A stretch of 64,000 nt of DNA. Origin: Camelus ferus (Eukaryota). Made by a program: the position numbers and the translations under genes. The notes beneath the pieces are model-generated. The model was not told where the DNA came from. It saw only the letters and a list, made by a program, of their open reading frames with translations, and did not search any database. The stretch's first letter is position 1; the number at the start of each line of letters is the position of its first letter. The stretch spans positions 49,664,001-49,728,000 of the forward strand of contig NC_045697.1 in NCBI RefSeq assembly GCF_009834535.1, in the 5' to 3' direction. Shown here piece after piece: positions 1-13,844 of the stretch.

Positions 1-1084
1 TACTGTTAAATTCAACCACTGGCTTCTTAATTAAAGGTGTATTTTTCTGCTCTAGTATTTCCATTAGACTTTTTTCTTATAGTTTCCAGTTTGCTACCAA
101 ACTCTCTATTCTGCTTTTTTGACTATTGAAATTACAGGCTTTTCTTCTGAAGTCTGTATCCAATAACTATTCTCTAGATCTCCCATGTATTTATTTCCAT
201 TGTCTGTTTTTTCTCTTGGTTTTTGATCAAGTCTTATCTCTTGATATGCCTGTATTAATTTTTTTATGATTAATAGCTCAGTTTATTAGCTGTTATTGCC
301 TGTGTTAATTTCTAAAAAGTCTATAAATAGTTTGAATTTGGATTAGCATATTAGACTGGGAGCATCCCATGCACATGGCAGAAGCAAATTTGTATCTTCT
401 CTGGAGGAAGATAACTATCTTAGCCTCAAAATATTTCTGCAACTAAATTTCCAAAAACAATATCCAATACAAATAATAATGAAGAACACAAGAAAATGAT
501 ACTGTAAGCAAAGAACTTTAAAATTAAGGAGGTCCTGGGCTGGTAGTGTGCCTCTGCCAGGACAGGGAACATTTTAATGTAAATAATTGTTAACTAGTAA
601 AGGTGGTTAATTACTAAGAGGGGTGAAAGGAATCCAAAGGATATTTTAAAAAAATAGCAAATGCAGAGTAGATACTACTTTTAGGGCTGATTTCTCAGAG
701 AACCCACCTTTGCAAGTCATTTAGATATGACTTTTCTTTCCCTCTTAGTCCCAAGAGGCCACAAAAATCCAAGCTCAGTTTCAAATCTGTCACTTTATTC
801 ACTGCAAAATCAGCTTTGAGTCCCGAGATTGTTTCTGAGTCCTCCTCTTCTTGGTTTTGGCCCAGTAATTCCTCACCATCTTCTTAAATCTTCTTTATGT
901 TTAAGAAGATTTTAAGATATTTTGTCCAACTTTTTACAAATTCTCAATAAGAGGGTTGGTCTGAGTTACCTCGCCTGCCATTACCAAATGTGGCAGTCAT
1001 CTGCTTTTAAAAATATAAGTGGACAGATAGAGGGAGAGGGGCAGGGGCAGAATGTGGAACTGGTGGTCTGTGTTTTAATTTAAT

Positions 1085-2140
1085 CTTGTTCAATCTCCAC
1101 ATATTTAGAGATTTTCCAATTATCTTTATGTTATTGATTTCCAATTTAATTCCATTCGGCCTGACAGCAGACACTGCATGATTTCTAGTCTTTTAAATTT
1201 GTTGAGATGTGTTCTGTGTCCCACAATGTGGTTGATCTTGGTGACTACTCCATATGAGCTTGAGAAAAACGTTATTTCTGCTGTTGTTTGATGAAGTAGT
1301 CTATAGATGTCAATTATATCCAGTTGTCTGATGCTGTTGCTGAATTCATCTATGGCCTTATGATTTCTGTCTATTTCTGAGAGAGGAATGTTGAAGTTTC
1401 CAATTATGACAGTGGATTCATTATTTCTCCCTGTGGTTCTATCAGTTTTTGTTTCATATAGCTTGATTCTCTCTTCTTAGGCACATACATGTTAGAATTG
1501 TTATGCCTTCTTGGAGAACTGACCCCTTTATCATTATGTTATGTCCTTCTGTATCCCTAATAACTTTTCTTACTTTGAAGTCTGTCCTGTCTGAAATTGA
1601 CATAGCTACTCCTGCTTTCTTTTGATTAGTCTTAGTATGATATAGTTTCTCCATCCAATTGCTTTAAATTTCTATGTGTCTTTATATTTAAAGTGGGTTT
1701 CTTATAGACAACATGTATTTGGAGTATGTTTTGATCCAGTCTGACAGTTTTTGTCTTTTAATTGGTGCACTTAGATTACTGACATTCGGAGTTACTGTTG
1801 GTATAGTTGGATTACTGTCTATCATATTTGTTACCGTTTTCAATTTGTTGCCCTTGTTCTTTGTTACTATTTTTGTCTTCTACTCTTTCTGCCTTTTTGT
1901 GGTTGTAATTCAGCATTTTAATATAACCTAATTTTCTCTTCTTTCTTAGCATATCAGTTATACTTCTTTCAAAATATCTTTTAGGTAGTTGCCCTACAGT
2001 TTGCAAAGTACATTTACAACTAATCCAAGTCCACTTTCAGACAACACTATGCCACTTCACAGGTAGTATGAGTAACTTATAATAACAAAATAGTCCTAAT
2101 TCTTTCTTCCTGTCTCTTGTATCATTGCTGTCATTTCACT
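1085..2140 (-). mobile_element. Old L1 fragment (inter-ORF region plus ORF2 endonuclease)
   Basis: ORF 1454-1654 reads NQKKAGVAMSISDRTDFK...RDTEGHNIMIKGSV, an L1 endonuclease motif; degenerate. Confidence 0.85.
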
Positions 2141-2157
2141 TATATATAAGCATACCT

Positions 2158-2160
<3 letters not shown>

Positions 2161-2202
<42 letters not shown>
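2161..2202 (+). repeat. (TG)21 microsatellite
   Basis: Perfect dinucleotide run. Confidence 0.98.
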
Positions 2203-2206
<4 letters not shown>

Positions 2207-2719
2207 CACCTTTCATAAGTAAATATACCCATCAGAGAACTTATTTTCATATACAGACTTACGGGTATATACGGAGCAGTAGGTGTGCACATATCAAATG
2301 GCAGCATACCCTACACACTGACCTGCATCTTGCTTTTCTCCACTTAATATATCTTAGTGATTATTGCATACCAGTGGACATAAAACTGCCTTGTTCTTTT
2401 TAACTGCTGCATTTTATTTCATTATATGGATATACTTTAATTCACTTAACCAGTAATATATTTGGAAAGCGCTTTGTGATCCAATCTGGAATCTTTTGCT
2501 TTAATAGCTAAGTTTAGTCCATTTATAATTATAATGTAACAGATAAGTTTGATTTTAGTTTTCTTTTTTTCCCCTCTAGAGTCAGAATAGCTTAGGTGTT
2601 AAGAATAAGACATCTAAATATTTTGCACACAAGTCAGCTGCACTTCTGGTTTATAAGTTGGATGTTCCGGACATGAAGGAGGAACTGAACAAAACTGAAA
2701 TGTTTTCAGGAAAAGACAG

Positions 2720-2915
2720 AGGCCAAGATTCTTGGGTTCTAATCCTCCTCTATCAGTTATTGCTGTGTGACCTTGAACAAGTTTAACTTCTGTGTGCTTT
2801 GATTTCTTCCTCTTCTGTAAAACAGGATAATAATTGCACCAATGTTATAGAGTTTTTGTGTTTATAATAGTCCATAGAACATAGTAAACACTATGTAAAT
2901 GTTAGTTATTATTAT
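2720..2915 (+). mobile_element. MIR SINE
   Basis: gggttctaatcct...ctgtgtgaccttgaacaagt...ctgtaaaacaggataataat core. Confidence 0.75.
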
Positions 2916-3184
2916 TTATAACATTATGTTGCTACTTAAAAAATATTTTTCTATTTAGCCTCTGAATTCCTTTCTAAACATTGAATGTGTTTCCTTTGCT
3001 AATATGGAAAGGCCTTATTTTATACTTTATAACTTTAGTGTTATATAATATACATAATCCTTTGTAAAGTGATTATTGTATTTCTGTTTCCTCCTCTTTC
3101 CCATTAATCCACCATCTGACTTTAGAAGATATCTTATTTATTTTATGCTTACCATTAAACCTATAATTAGACCTTATAATTAAA

Positions 3185-3384
3185 AATTTCAGGTCAAAAA
3201 TACAGTTTTAACCCATGACAAGAAAATCAGCATATATATTCTCTTTTGTTTGCATCTTGTCTTCTTTCTCCTAAATTTGTTAAGAATTTCAGGTGAAAAA
3301 TACAGTTTTGACCCATTGACAAGAAAATCAGCATACATACTCTTATTTTATTTGCATCTTGTCTTCTTTCTCCTAAGTTTGTTA
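3185..3384 (+). repeat. Tandem duplication, two ~100-bp units
   Basis: aatttcaggt(c/g)aaaaatacagtttt...cttctttctcctaa(a/g)tttgtta at 3185-3282 and 3285-3384. Confidence 0.93.
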
Positions 3385-4454
3385 CTAATATCATTTGTAT
3401 ATTGTTAGGTTCTAAATATTCATTTTCTATTTTGTAACTATGGTACCCACATTCATATAAGACTTATCCTGCCCTAATGAATTTATGTTCAGAAATTTTT
3501 CTCTGTTGTCTTTGTTGTTGAATGACAATTTCATTGGGTATAAAGTTTCTTTTCTTAAGGATTTTGAGGACTATATTCTAGTAGTTTCTTCCTCTTTAAA
3601 AAATGTGGCAACATTTTCTGCTGAGTGTTATCTGCCATTTGTGTTTCCTTCTCTTTTCTTCAGTATCTGTGAATAGATCCTGGATTGGTTCCCTTTTGAT
3701 TGTTTCTTATCTTACAGAGAAGTGAGCCCTTCCTGGACCAGCTGTTTGTAGGAGGTTCGCTTTCAGGAGAAGATGTGATCTTGTTCCAGGCTGGCAGGAA
3801 TCCACTGTGGTTCACAATGATGTTTCTTACAATACAAGCCTGAGTGTGGGACTGACTTATGTTATTCTTAATTTCTCTGAAACTTGTAGTTGCAAGCTTG
3901 TTCATAATGAATTGTTTTGCCTTTCGTTTGGCTTCACTGACAGATTGCTTCAGCAAATGAGTTTCTGTGTGATTATTCAGACTCCCCTCCCCTGCTGTTC
4001 CTTGGTGCCATTCAGTTCTAGGGATGCTTTCACTGACAGTCTGTGAACCCTGTTCCCATTACATCAAAGAAGGTTTTTTGTTTTTGTTGTTTTTCTCTTC
4101 AGGGTATGTCACCAACTCTGCTCTGCCAGCTTTGTAGCCACAGATGACTCTTGGTATCTTCCTGGACTCCTGTGTGGTACCACCTTGATGGGGCCACCTC
4201 ATTTGTTGTAGGTGGGGGTCATAGATCCTGCTTAGTTTCATCAAAGATCTTTTTCTCATTGGCTTTTATTGTGTTCTCTGAGAAGAGAATGGAGCACTAT
4301 GGTCTTTTGACTATAAAAACCAGAATATAGTTTTATAATTTGTCCTGTTTATGCATTTTATTTAGATTTTTTTTATGCTAAGATCTATTTTAGACTGTGA
4401 CTGATTGCTAGTAATTTGATCTTGTAAAAATTATTTTGCATTTTTTAATAACAG

Positions 4455-4649
4455 CAACTGAGGCATGAAAATCTGGTGAATCTGTTGGAAGTATGTAAGA
4501 AAAAAAAGCGATGGTACCTAGTCTTTGAATTTGTTGACCATACAGTTCTTGACGACTTGGAGCTCTTTCCAAATGGACTAGACTACCAAGTAGTTCGAAA
4601 GTATTTGTTTCAGATTATCAGTGGAATTGGATTTTGTCACAGTCACAAC
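4455..4649 (+). CDS. CDKL2: CDKL2 coding exon (kinase N-lobe/hinge; [13 protein letters not shown]...FCHSHN), 195 nt, phase 0-0; first coding exon is upstream of the window
   Basis: acag| acceptor and |gtaagt donor; CDK-like sequence [29 protein letters not shown]. Confidence 0.96.
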
Positions 4650-5419
4650 GTAAGTATTTAGTTTAAGTAAGTATTTAAAAAAATCAAAAAGTTGGAAGAG
4701 TATACAGTAAACAACCACATACCTGCCACCTGAATTCTATACTTAGTAACATTTTGCTACATTTATTTTATGATGTATTTATTCATCTATTCATTCATTT
4801 ATCTATTTGTTAATCTGTCTTATTTACTTAACTTGAAAGTCAATTGCAGACACCAGTACACTTCAGCTCTAAAACTTTAATAGTTTAATTTGTTTGCAGA
4901 ATTTTTTTTCCCCTGCGGTAACATTTACTGAGTGAAATGCACTAACTTTAAGTGGTGAGTTTTGACAAGTGCATTCGCCCAGGGATCCACTTACTTGTTA
5001 GTTCAGATTCTCTTGCCTAGTTGTGAAGTGTGAAAATCCCCGCTTTTACCCTGTTGTCTATCACAATGATTTTATATCCTTTGAAAATCATATAGAAGCT
5101 GCTCTGGTAAAATGGCACTTACTAAGTATATACCAGATAACACATTGATTCTGCCAGTTTTACAAAATATTTTAATGATACTTTTTGTGTGATTATAAAA
5201 GCAACAAATGCTAATGGTAGATGTGGGGCTGGCCCTGTGACCTCACCAGGTTGTCTATATGTAATAGAAATTGCTAGCCTGTGCAAAACGCTCAGCAATG
5301 CCAATTAGGGTGCTGGTCCTCTGAAAGAGTTGAAAATAAATATATTTAAAAACTTTTTCAAAATACAGTTTACTTGTAGTAGGGAATTATGCCTAATAAT
5401 TTGTTTTGTCTAGCTCTGG

Positions 5420-6420
5420 AATTTTTAGTATTGTCTTCCAGTGTCCTGTTCTCTCCTTCTATAGTCTCTCTGCAGAAATCTTACCCAACTGACCTTGTTT
5501 TACTCTCTTTATGTTTATAATTGCCTGATGATGCCTCCACTTGGGTGCTCAGAAATCTGCCTACTAAAGCCCATAATAAAACTAAACTACTCATTATTCT
5601 TCATCAAAACTAAACTTTCCTAAACTTTTCTGTTTTTGGTTATGGAACCACCATTCTTTTAGATTCCCACGTTTCAGTAAAATATCTGAGATTAATTCCT
5701 AAGTTCTATTGATTCTTGACTTAAAGTATTTCTAAACTGTATCTCTTCCTTTCCGTTCCTTTGTGCACCAGACTAATTCAGGCCCTTATCCCCTCGTAGT
5801 GGTCCCACTGCGCTTCTCCCTGCTTCTAGTCCCTCTTTCTGTGCTTTAGCCTGTATAAACAGGCCAACATCTTGTTTATTCAGCCCCATATGGGTCATGT
5901 CACTTCCATGGGTTCCCATGGCCTGGACGCAAGCTCAGACTTCCCAGGCTGGCAGCTGAGGCAGCCTTTCTCCCTAGTACTTACCCTTTACTCCAGAAAA
6001 GACGTTTCCCTGGAATCTCCTGATCTGTTCCGTCTTCACTCTGTTGCTCTTTTTGTTGCCTTCACTTGGATTGCCCTTTCATTTCTACATTTTTATCCAG
6101 GTCACACTAGTGTTAAAGACCTACTTGGAGCCCATCCTTTTCCACAAAAGCTTTCCCTGACCACCACAGTCTTCAATGGTAGTTTCACTCTCTTAGTCTT
6201 CAGAGCAGTCATTATCAGAGTAATCGATTTGGTAATTAATAATATATATTTCGTCTGATGTCTTTGATTGTTTAAATACAATTTCAAACATAAATGTTAT
6301 TTCCTGCTCAACTAGGTCCCAGGTTCTTTAAAGCCAGGGACAATTTTATATGCTTTTATTTGTATTCATTATAGGGATAAAAACAGTGCCCTGCACATGA
6401 CAGATGCTCAAAAAGATAAT
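5420..6420 (+). mobile_element. L2 LINE 3' remnant
   Basis: Pyrimidine-rich L2-like body ending acagtgccctgcacatgacagatgctcaaa. Confidence 0.6.
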
Positions 6421-6474
6421 TAATTTGTTTAACTTGATGTACCAATATATGTCATGCTCTGCTTTTTGCCTTAG

Positions 6475-6654
<180 letters not shown>

Positions 6655-7528
6655 TAAGACATGAGCAAGCTGCAGGGTGGGGAGGGCGGATTTAACTCTC
6701 TCTTCTTGATAAGATGTAATATGTTTTTACTGTGATAAAAAGACTCCTCTAATGCTGAAAGAAAGTTTTCAGTTTAGGGAACTTTATAAAGTGATTTGTA
6801 ACTGTCTTTGGTGCTCTGCCTTTAAACATTCTTGTGAAACAGGTTGGTGTGAGTATAATTATTTTAAAGGTAAGGAAATCAAGGTGAGTAAGTAGTCTGT
6901 TTTTTAATAGCAAGTTAAGAATAGATATATTTATCACTTGTAAAGAGAGGTAACATTGATTGGATATGTCTGACACTGTTGAAATTAGGCAAGGTAGGGT
7001 GGGCACGGGTGGGGGATAGAAACAGAACTAAGTGAAACGTTTTAAACACATAAATTATCTTTGTAAATGAATTCTTCAAAGACGAATTCTATTTTCTCCC
7101 TCCTAGCGTTCAGTTCTCCTTGCTGTATGTGTCCCAAACAACCGCCTCCTTCCGGCATGCTGTTCTCAGCGTGCAGGGGAAGAGACTGATGAACCTTGTT
7201 CAAATTACTTGTAAACAAAGAGTGAATAGCCTCTGAATGGCAACCCAAAAAGCTTATTTCCAGAATAAAGTACACTTAATAACTGTTTTGACTCTTCGGA
7301 AGCCTTTTCTTTCCTGTGTCACATGATTGAAGTTTCTAGAAAACTGATTTAGGTAAAATTGGAGGTTAGTACTTTACGTTTAGAGGGAGATGTGTTTTTA
7401 GGGATAATTTAAAGTTTACTATTACCGTTCTCAGTGCCAGGAATACCAAGTAGTAATGTACAGAACAGATGCAGCCACAGTAAACACACTAAGATGCCAG
7501 ATTTTCTACCACATTGCTTTTCTTTCAG

Positions 7529-7641
7529 GGCTGTGGACGTGTGGGCCGTTGGCTGTCTGGTGACTGAAATGCTCACGGGGGAGCCCCTGTTCCCTGGAGA
7601 TTCTGACATTGATCAGCTGTATCATATTACAATGTGTTTAG
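7529..7641 (+). CDS. CDKL2: CDKL2 coding exon ([37 protein letters not shown]), 113 nt
   Basis: ttcag| and |gtaaga; kinase subdomain IX-X; phases fit neighbouring exons. Confidence 0.96.
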
Positions 7642-8830
7642 GTAAGATGATGCATGTGCATTTTAAATTTTAGTGACTTTTCCTCCCTATGTTTTTGTTT
7701 GTTTGTATTGATTTAATAAGCTGTTGGTACATTGAAGACGATTGGTGTTTTGAGTGGATGTAGGAAGCAAATAGGAAACCTCATCTATCTCTTTCTACAT
7801 ATATACATTCATTCATTCATTCTCAGTGTGGCTTTCATTTGTCTGACATATGGCCCTAATCATGCTCTCACCTGCCCCCCTGCCCAACTCCCCTCTAAAG
7901 AAGAGAACAAACGTCTATTCTCTCTGCACTTTTACATTCAGTAAATCACATGTAGAGAGAATACAAATGATCATATTATCTCTGGGTCAGCAAGCTGTTG
8001 GTGTCATATGAATATCACCCTCATTCTCACCTTCAAATTGAGACCCAGAGACTTCCAAGGTAGCTTAATCTTGCTGCAGTTATGACTTTTGTTGTTTGTG
8101 CTTTGGACAGGATTTCAAAGCCAGGCTATCAAAGGCTTCTTACATTTGTTGAAGTATCAACTTTCTGTTGGGTGATGAAGCTTAGAAAATGGAAATAATG
8201 GGAAATTACTTGGGGGTTATTTATCTCTTAGATTTTTAGTTTACAGGTTAGAAATTCAATAAACAGTATGATGGTTCCTTACAGTAGAATTTTCAAATAT
8301 ATTTTATATTAGATTATGTATTCAAGTTGAGAAAAAAGATAAAAGTGCTCAAGTCAGACCTTAGATACAGGAATAGTCAGTTGACCAAAAATCAGATTCT
8401 TAAAGGGTGGGACTTATTTACCTAGAGTAGATTCTGATTATATGACTATTAATATTTTGAGTTTTGGTCAGCACTTTATGCTTTGTTATGAGAAATGAAG
8501 TGCTGGCACTTACAATCTGAACAATTATAAATTTTTTTTAACCTATCCTTTTCCTATGCTTTCTTGTGTATTCAGTTCTATGCATAGTGGCGTGTGAAGT
8601 TTTCTACTAAATGAGTGTGTTGAGATAAGAATGTTAGTTTCCTTTGAGTTGACTTATGTCAAAGCCCCTATAAAGACTGACAGACACCACCACAGTAAGA
8701 GCCCTGTCTTGGGTGGGTTTTGCATGCTGAAAGCCCCACCTCCTTGAGCTGTGTCCCACTCTTATCCCTACTCCACACCACCCATCTCATGATGCAGAAT
8801 GACAGAGATGTGTGCCGTTCTCACTGCCAG

Positions 8831-8970
8831 GTAATCTAATTCCAAGACATCAGGAGCTGTTTTATAAAAATCCTGTGTTTGCGGGAGTCAGGTTGCCTGA
8901 AATCAAGGAAACGGAACCTCTTGAAAGACGCTATCCCAAGCTCTCTCAAGTTGCGATAGATTTGGCAAAG
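8831..8970 (+). CDS. CDKL2: CDKL2 coding exon ([15 protein letters not shown]...IDLAK), 140 nt
   Basis: ccag| and AAG|gtaatc; phase 1 in, phase 0 out. Confidence 0.95.
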
Positions 8971-9114
8971 GTAATCATACCTTTCTCTTTTCACTCTCTG
9001 ACAAGGAATTTACTTTATGGAGATTTGATTTTCTCTTCTTTTTTTCTTGTCTAGTTGACCTTTTAGGTCAATAATTTCCTTTGATTTAAATGTTTGTACA
9101 TTAAGAAAGAGGTT

Positions 9115-9279
9115 GGGGGAGGGTATAGCTCAAGTGGTAGAGCGCATACTTAGCATGCACAAGGTCCTGGGTTCAATCCCCAGTACCTTCATTAAAAATA
9201 AACGAATAAATAAATAAACCTAATTAACTCTCCCCACCAAAGAAATCAAACCAAAAAAAAAAAAAAAAAAAAGAGAGAG
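9115..9279 (+). mobile_element. tRNA-derived SINE (camelid Vic-1-like) with 12-bp TSD
   Basis: ggggagggtatagctcaagtggtagagc A box, gggttcaatccc B box, A-rich tail; TSD aagaaagaggtt at 9103-9114 and 9280-9291. Confidence 0.9.
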
Positions 9280-10009
9280 AAGAAAGAGGTTAATTTGGTG
9301 GGGATGGGGGGGTCGGGGGGCCTTCAGAGATATAGGCCTGATATTTTTGCTTGTTTTGAGAAACCATTTAGTGTTACCTAGTTAAGTGTGAAAACATCCT
9401 CATGTTTTTAATGTTTAACATTTAAACTGCAGGCCATGTGTAAGTGGAAAAGAGAAGAAAAATAGGATAAGAAAATAAAAAGAATGGTGAAGAAGTAGGA
9501 AAATGTTAAAGTCTAGGGTGTAGGATCATGACCTGTAGTGTACTGTTAAAAAGGGGCTTTTTCCTTAACCACTAGATTCACTGAAGCTAATTATTAAATA
9601 ATCATCACCTTTGCCTTGTATTTGGTTGAGAAGGATATTGGGGAAACTCTCACTTGATCAAATTATCTCTAAATATGGACCTTTTGGAGTTACTAGCTCA
9701 AAAATTCTTGAGTTAGGATTATCATAAAGCATTGATAAAATAAGTATCTCTAAAACAGCAGGGTCACTTAGCATTTGCCCAAGATACTTTTTCTTTTTTA
9801 ATTCCTGAAATAATTCATTTAAAAAAAGCTTAGTAAGCTTATAACTAATTATATAACAAGTTCTTAGAATAATACATTTCTAGTTTTCTACCTAATCTTC
9901 TAACAGATGCAAATATTTTTTATTGAGATTAGCTTTATGATCTGTCTGCAAGGAGATTTAAAGGGAATAAAGGTAAAACTACTGTCCAATTTAATGTCCC
10001 CATGGTAGA

Positions 10010-10890
10010 ATCATATAACTTTTTAAATGTTATAGAAAATTTCAAACCTAGAAAGGAATGTAGAGAAAACAGTTATATAATGAACCCTCACAAACTAGTC
10101 GTCTAGCTACAACAATTAATAATCTGTTGACAATCTTTCATCTATGTGCACCCTCATCAACTTTTGTTTTTTTGGGAGAATTTTGAAGCAAATCCCAGAT
10201 ATTATATTATTTCACTAATAAATACCTTAGATAATTTGTAAAGTTTTCTTGTTCATTTAAAGCTTCTATTTTTACTGACAGTGATGGCTCCAATGAATCA
10301 GAACAAGATATAGTAAAATCTATAATAAAATGAGAGAACATAGATAAAACAAAATCATCTATGTAAAGTATCCAGCGCAGTAATAAGCACAGAGTAGATT
10401 GTTTCCTTTCCATTCTGCAAGTGCTTTAAATTTGAAAAATTCACAAAAATTCCTTAATGTCATAAAGTGTCTAATCAATACTCAAAATTTCATTAACTTT
10501 TTCGTAATTTGTTTATATAGTTTGAATTAAGAATCACACTGAAGTCTAGAGATCACAATTGGTTAATATGTCCTTCAAGATTCTTAATTTACAAGCTCTT
10601 CTTAATCTTTCTCACTCTCTTTTTTTGTTTGTTTAAACTTTGCCATTTATTTGTTGAAGAAAATAGGTTATTTGTCCCTTAGAATTTTCCATATAGTATA
10701 GTTTAATATGTTTCCTCTGTGTCCTGTATTTCATATAAACTCATAGTATAGCTTGATCAGAATCAGGTTCAAATTTGGCAAGACTGTTTCATAAGAGGTT
10801 GGTATATTCCTGTCCAGAGACACTGAACGTCTGGTGGCCTTTCTTTTTATGATATTAACAATCATTGGTGGTCACTGTCTAGATTTGTGC
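10010..10890 (-). mobile_element. Old L1 (L1MC/ME-like) 3' region
   Basis: Typical antisense L1 3'UTR phrases (ttttgaagcaaatcccagatattat; boundaries approximate). Confidence 0.55.
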
Positions 10891-11027
10891 TTTATTTTTT
10901 ATCACTTGTTACAGCTGTTTAAAATTTATTGACTGTGAAGAGGAATGTTCTATTTTTCTATATTTAGAAATGTGAATGTAGGCAGTTTTTCTTTGGTATG
11001 AACTGTATGTATTCCTTGGTTTCCCAG

Positions 11028-11116
11028 AAATGCTTACACATTGACCCGGACAAAAGGCCCTTCTGTGCTGAGCTCCTGCACCATGATTTCTTTCGTGTGG
11101 ATGGATTTGCTGAGAG
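11028..11116 (+). CDS. CDKL2: CDKL2 coding exon ([29 protein letters not shown]), 89 nt, end of kinase domain
   Basis: cccag| and AG|gtatag; subdomain XI DPxKR motif. Confidence 0.95.
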
Positions 11117-11614
11117 GTATAGTACTGACTGTATTTTCTAGATCACACCAATCTGGACTTAAAGTAAGGCCTCCATAACAGTACATAACAGTAACAAACA
11201 GGATTTCTCTTATTTCTCTATCCACTGGCTATTACAGGATCTCAAATATTTACCATCCTACCCTTAGCGATAATGCATTCCTAGGAGTGGTCCCCCTGCA
11301 TTCACTAAATTAAGGCTCTTGGTTTTCATGACGCAGTCCCTTCATGCTTTTCTTTCTGTCTCCCTGTGGTGACATCTGCCACTCAGGTCACTGATCTCTA
11401 CGTTGCCACCAGCTGTGTGATGCCATTATCTTGGGTGCTGATGCATTTGCAAAGGTGCCGTCTCCTATTGCTGCTGAACTCATACCACGCCCAGTCCTGA
11501 CACTGCTGGCACTACTGATGTGCAGGAGACCTTGATGTGCCAAACCTGTGGGTGCCAGAGCTGCTGGCATGGTCTCCTGTTCTGTTCCAGCTGCTGGCAT
11601 CAGTGCAGCTGACA

Positions 11615-12835
11615 AAACAAAAACTAGTGAGATGAGTGGCAATGACATTGCTTTATATTTTTGCTAAAATATTTAATATCTAGCTTAATAAAAGATAGCT
11701 AGTTCTCATATTGGCTTCTGCATTCAATTAGTTGTGATATGTTGTTTTGGTTGAAATATGTGGAGAAACTCAGGCCTCACACAAATGTGTAGTTGGAAAA
11801 TCGAAGAGTATTTTAATAGCCCTTTTAGATCACTATCGGTATTCTTCTTTGATTTTATACCAACACTTTGGTACTACTCCAAAACTTGACAGTGGTAGCT
11901 TCTTAAATGTTGGTTGTGTTGTGGAATCTGAAACCGTGTCAATGAACTTCTCTTACTCTGTTACATTAAAATCCACTTGTCTGTCTTGCACTTTGAATAG
12001 ATCTTTTACTCATGCATGCTTTTATAGCATCATGCATTAGTCATTTGGAAAATATTATTTTGCTAAGTTATGCAGAGTTTTAAAATGTTGACATTATTTC
12101 ATTATACGATGTTAAAAAGTCACGTTCTTTCTTAAAAGTCTTCAGTATTGGGAATCTGCTAAGTTCATGGTAGTGGATACAAGTTAAACAATTCTAATTT
12201 TGGATAGAAATTAGAATTTTAGCATTGATGCAAATATTATCAGTTGTTTTCCTTGAAGTGACAAGCTCCTTTGTTCATTTTTTGGAAAGGAAATATCTGC
12301 TGAATACCCTGAGTCTGAATAATAATAATAATAAATTTTTAAATAGGTTTTTAAATAAAAATGTTGTTCCATGAAAAAAGTGGCTATTTTAGTTTGTAGC
12401 TCAACCAATCACACAAGAGCTTTTCTTAAGACAGCCATTGCACTTTGATTCGTAGCAGAAGTGCTTTATACATATTCCCATTTTGTCACACAGAATGTGA
12501 AAAAAAAGATATGTTCAAGGGTTTAGATTTAATAAAACAAATACTTTTTTCTTTGCTGCTTCATCAGGGACATTCTTAAATGAACCTGTCTTTTTTTTTC
12601 TTAAACTGAGGGTGTGTGGCTATGAAGAATACAAAAACTGCTAGCAAAGTTTGGTGCCGTTGCTTCAGTTCTTGCACTTCTTCAGCCCCTGCAGCTTTAC
12701 CCACCATTGCTTTTTATACCATCAGCGCAAATGTTAGCATGGCAAAAAAGAAGTAATCTTTGTATTAAGATTAAAAGAGCTTTGACCTCGTGAACCTCCT
12801 GAAAGTTTCTCAAGGATCCCCAGGAGTCTGCAGAT
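11615..12835 (-). mobile_element. Charlie1-like hAT DNA transposon fossil
   Basis: Minus-strand reading VKDLFKVQDRQVDFNVTE*EKFIDTVSDST...FPTTHLCEA matches a hAT C-terminal dimerisation domain, with stops. Confidence 0.85.
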
Positions 12836-12965
12836 GACCTCATTTCTTATTTTAAATAACATAGTCTAGTTTAATACCCAATTAAAAAATTAAGTATCTT
12901 GAAAACTAATTTTTTCTAGATTTATCTGTCTCATACAATCTTACTTTATTGACAAATGTCTTTTT

Positions 12966-13844
12966 TTTAACATTTTTTATTGATTTATAATCATTTTACA
13001 ATGTTGTGTCAAATTCCAGTGTTCAGCACAATTTTTCAGTTATTCATGGACATATACACACTCATTGTCACATTTTTTTCTCTGTGAGTTATCATAACAT
13101 TTTGTGTATATTTCCCTGTGCTATACAGTGTAGTCTATTCTACAATTTTGAAATCCCAGTCTATCCCTTCCCACCCTCCACCCCCCTGGTAACCACAAGT
13201 CTGTATTCTCAGTCTGTGAGTCTATTTCTGTCCTTTATTTACGCTTTGTTTTTGTTTGTTTGTTTGTTTTGTTTTTGTTTTTTAGATTCCACATATGAGC
13301 GATCTCATATGGTATTTTTCTTTCTCTTTCTGGCTTACTTCACTTAGAATGACATTCTCCAGGAGCATCCATGTTGCTGCAAATGGCATTATGTTGTCGG
13401 GTTTTTATGGCTGAGTAGTATATGGCATTATGTTGTCGGTTTTATGGCTGAGTACATATACCACTTCTTCTTTATCCAGTCACTTGTTGATGGACATTTA
13501 GGCTGTTTCCATGTTTTGGCTATTGTAAATAGTGCTGCTATGAACATTGGGGTGCAGGTGTCATCCTGAAGTAGATTTCCTTCTGGATACAAGCCCAGGA
13601 GTGGGATTCCTGGGTCATATGGTAAGTCTATTCCTAGTCTTTTGAGGAATCTCCACACTGTTTTCCATAGTGGCTGCACCAAACTGCATTCCCACCAGCA
13701 GTGTAGGAGGGTTCCCCTTTCTCCACAGCCTCTCCAGCATTTGTCATTTGTGGATTTTTGAATGATGGCCATTCTGACTGGTGTGAGGTGATACCTCATT
13801 GTAGTTTTGATTTGCATTTCTCTGATAATTAGTGATATGGAGCA
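12966..13844 (-). mobile_element. Young 5'-truncated L1 (ORF2 C-terminus plus 3'UTR) with 16-bp TSD
   Basis: ORF 13428-13850 contains [21 protein letters not shown] tgacaaatgtcttttt at 12950-12965 and 13845-13860. Confidence 0.95.

Noticed and set aside
9115..9190. tRNA-like sequence with A and B boxes
   Set aside because: It has an A-rich tail, a TSD and several diverged copies in the window, so it is a SINE and not a tRNA gene.
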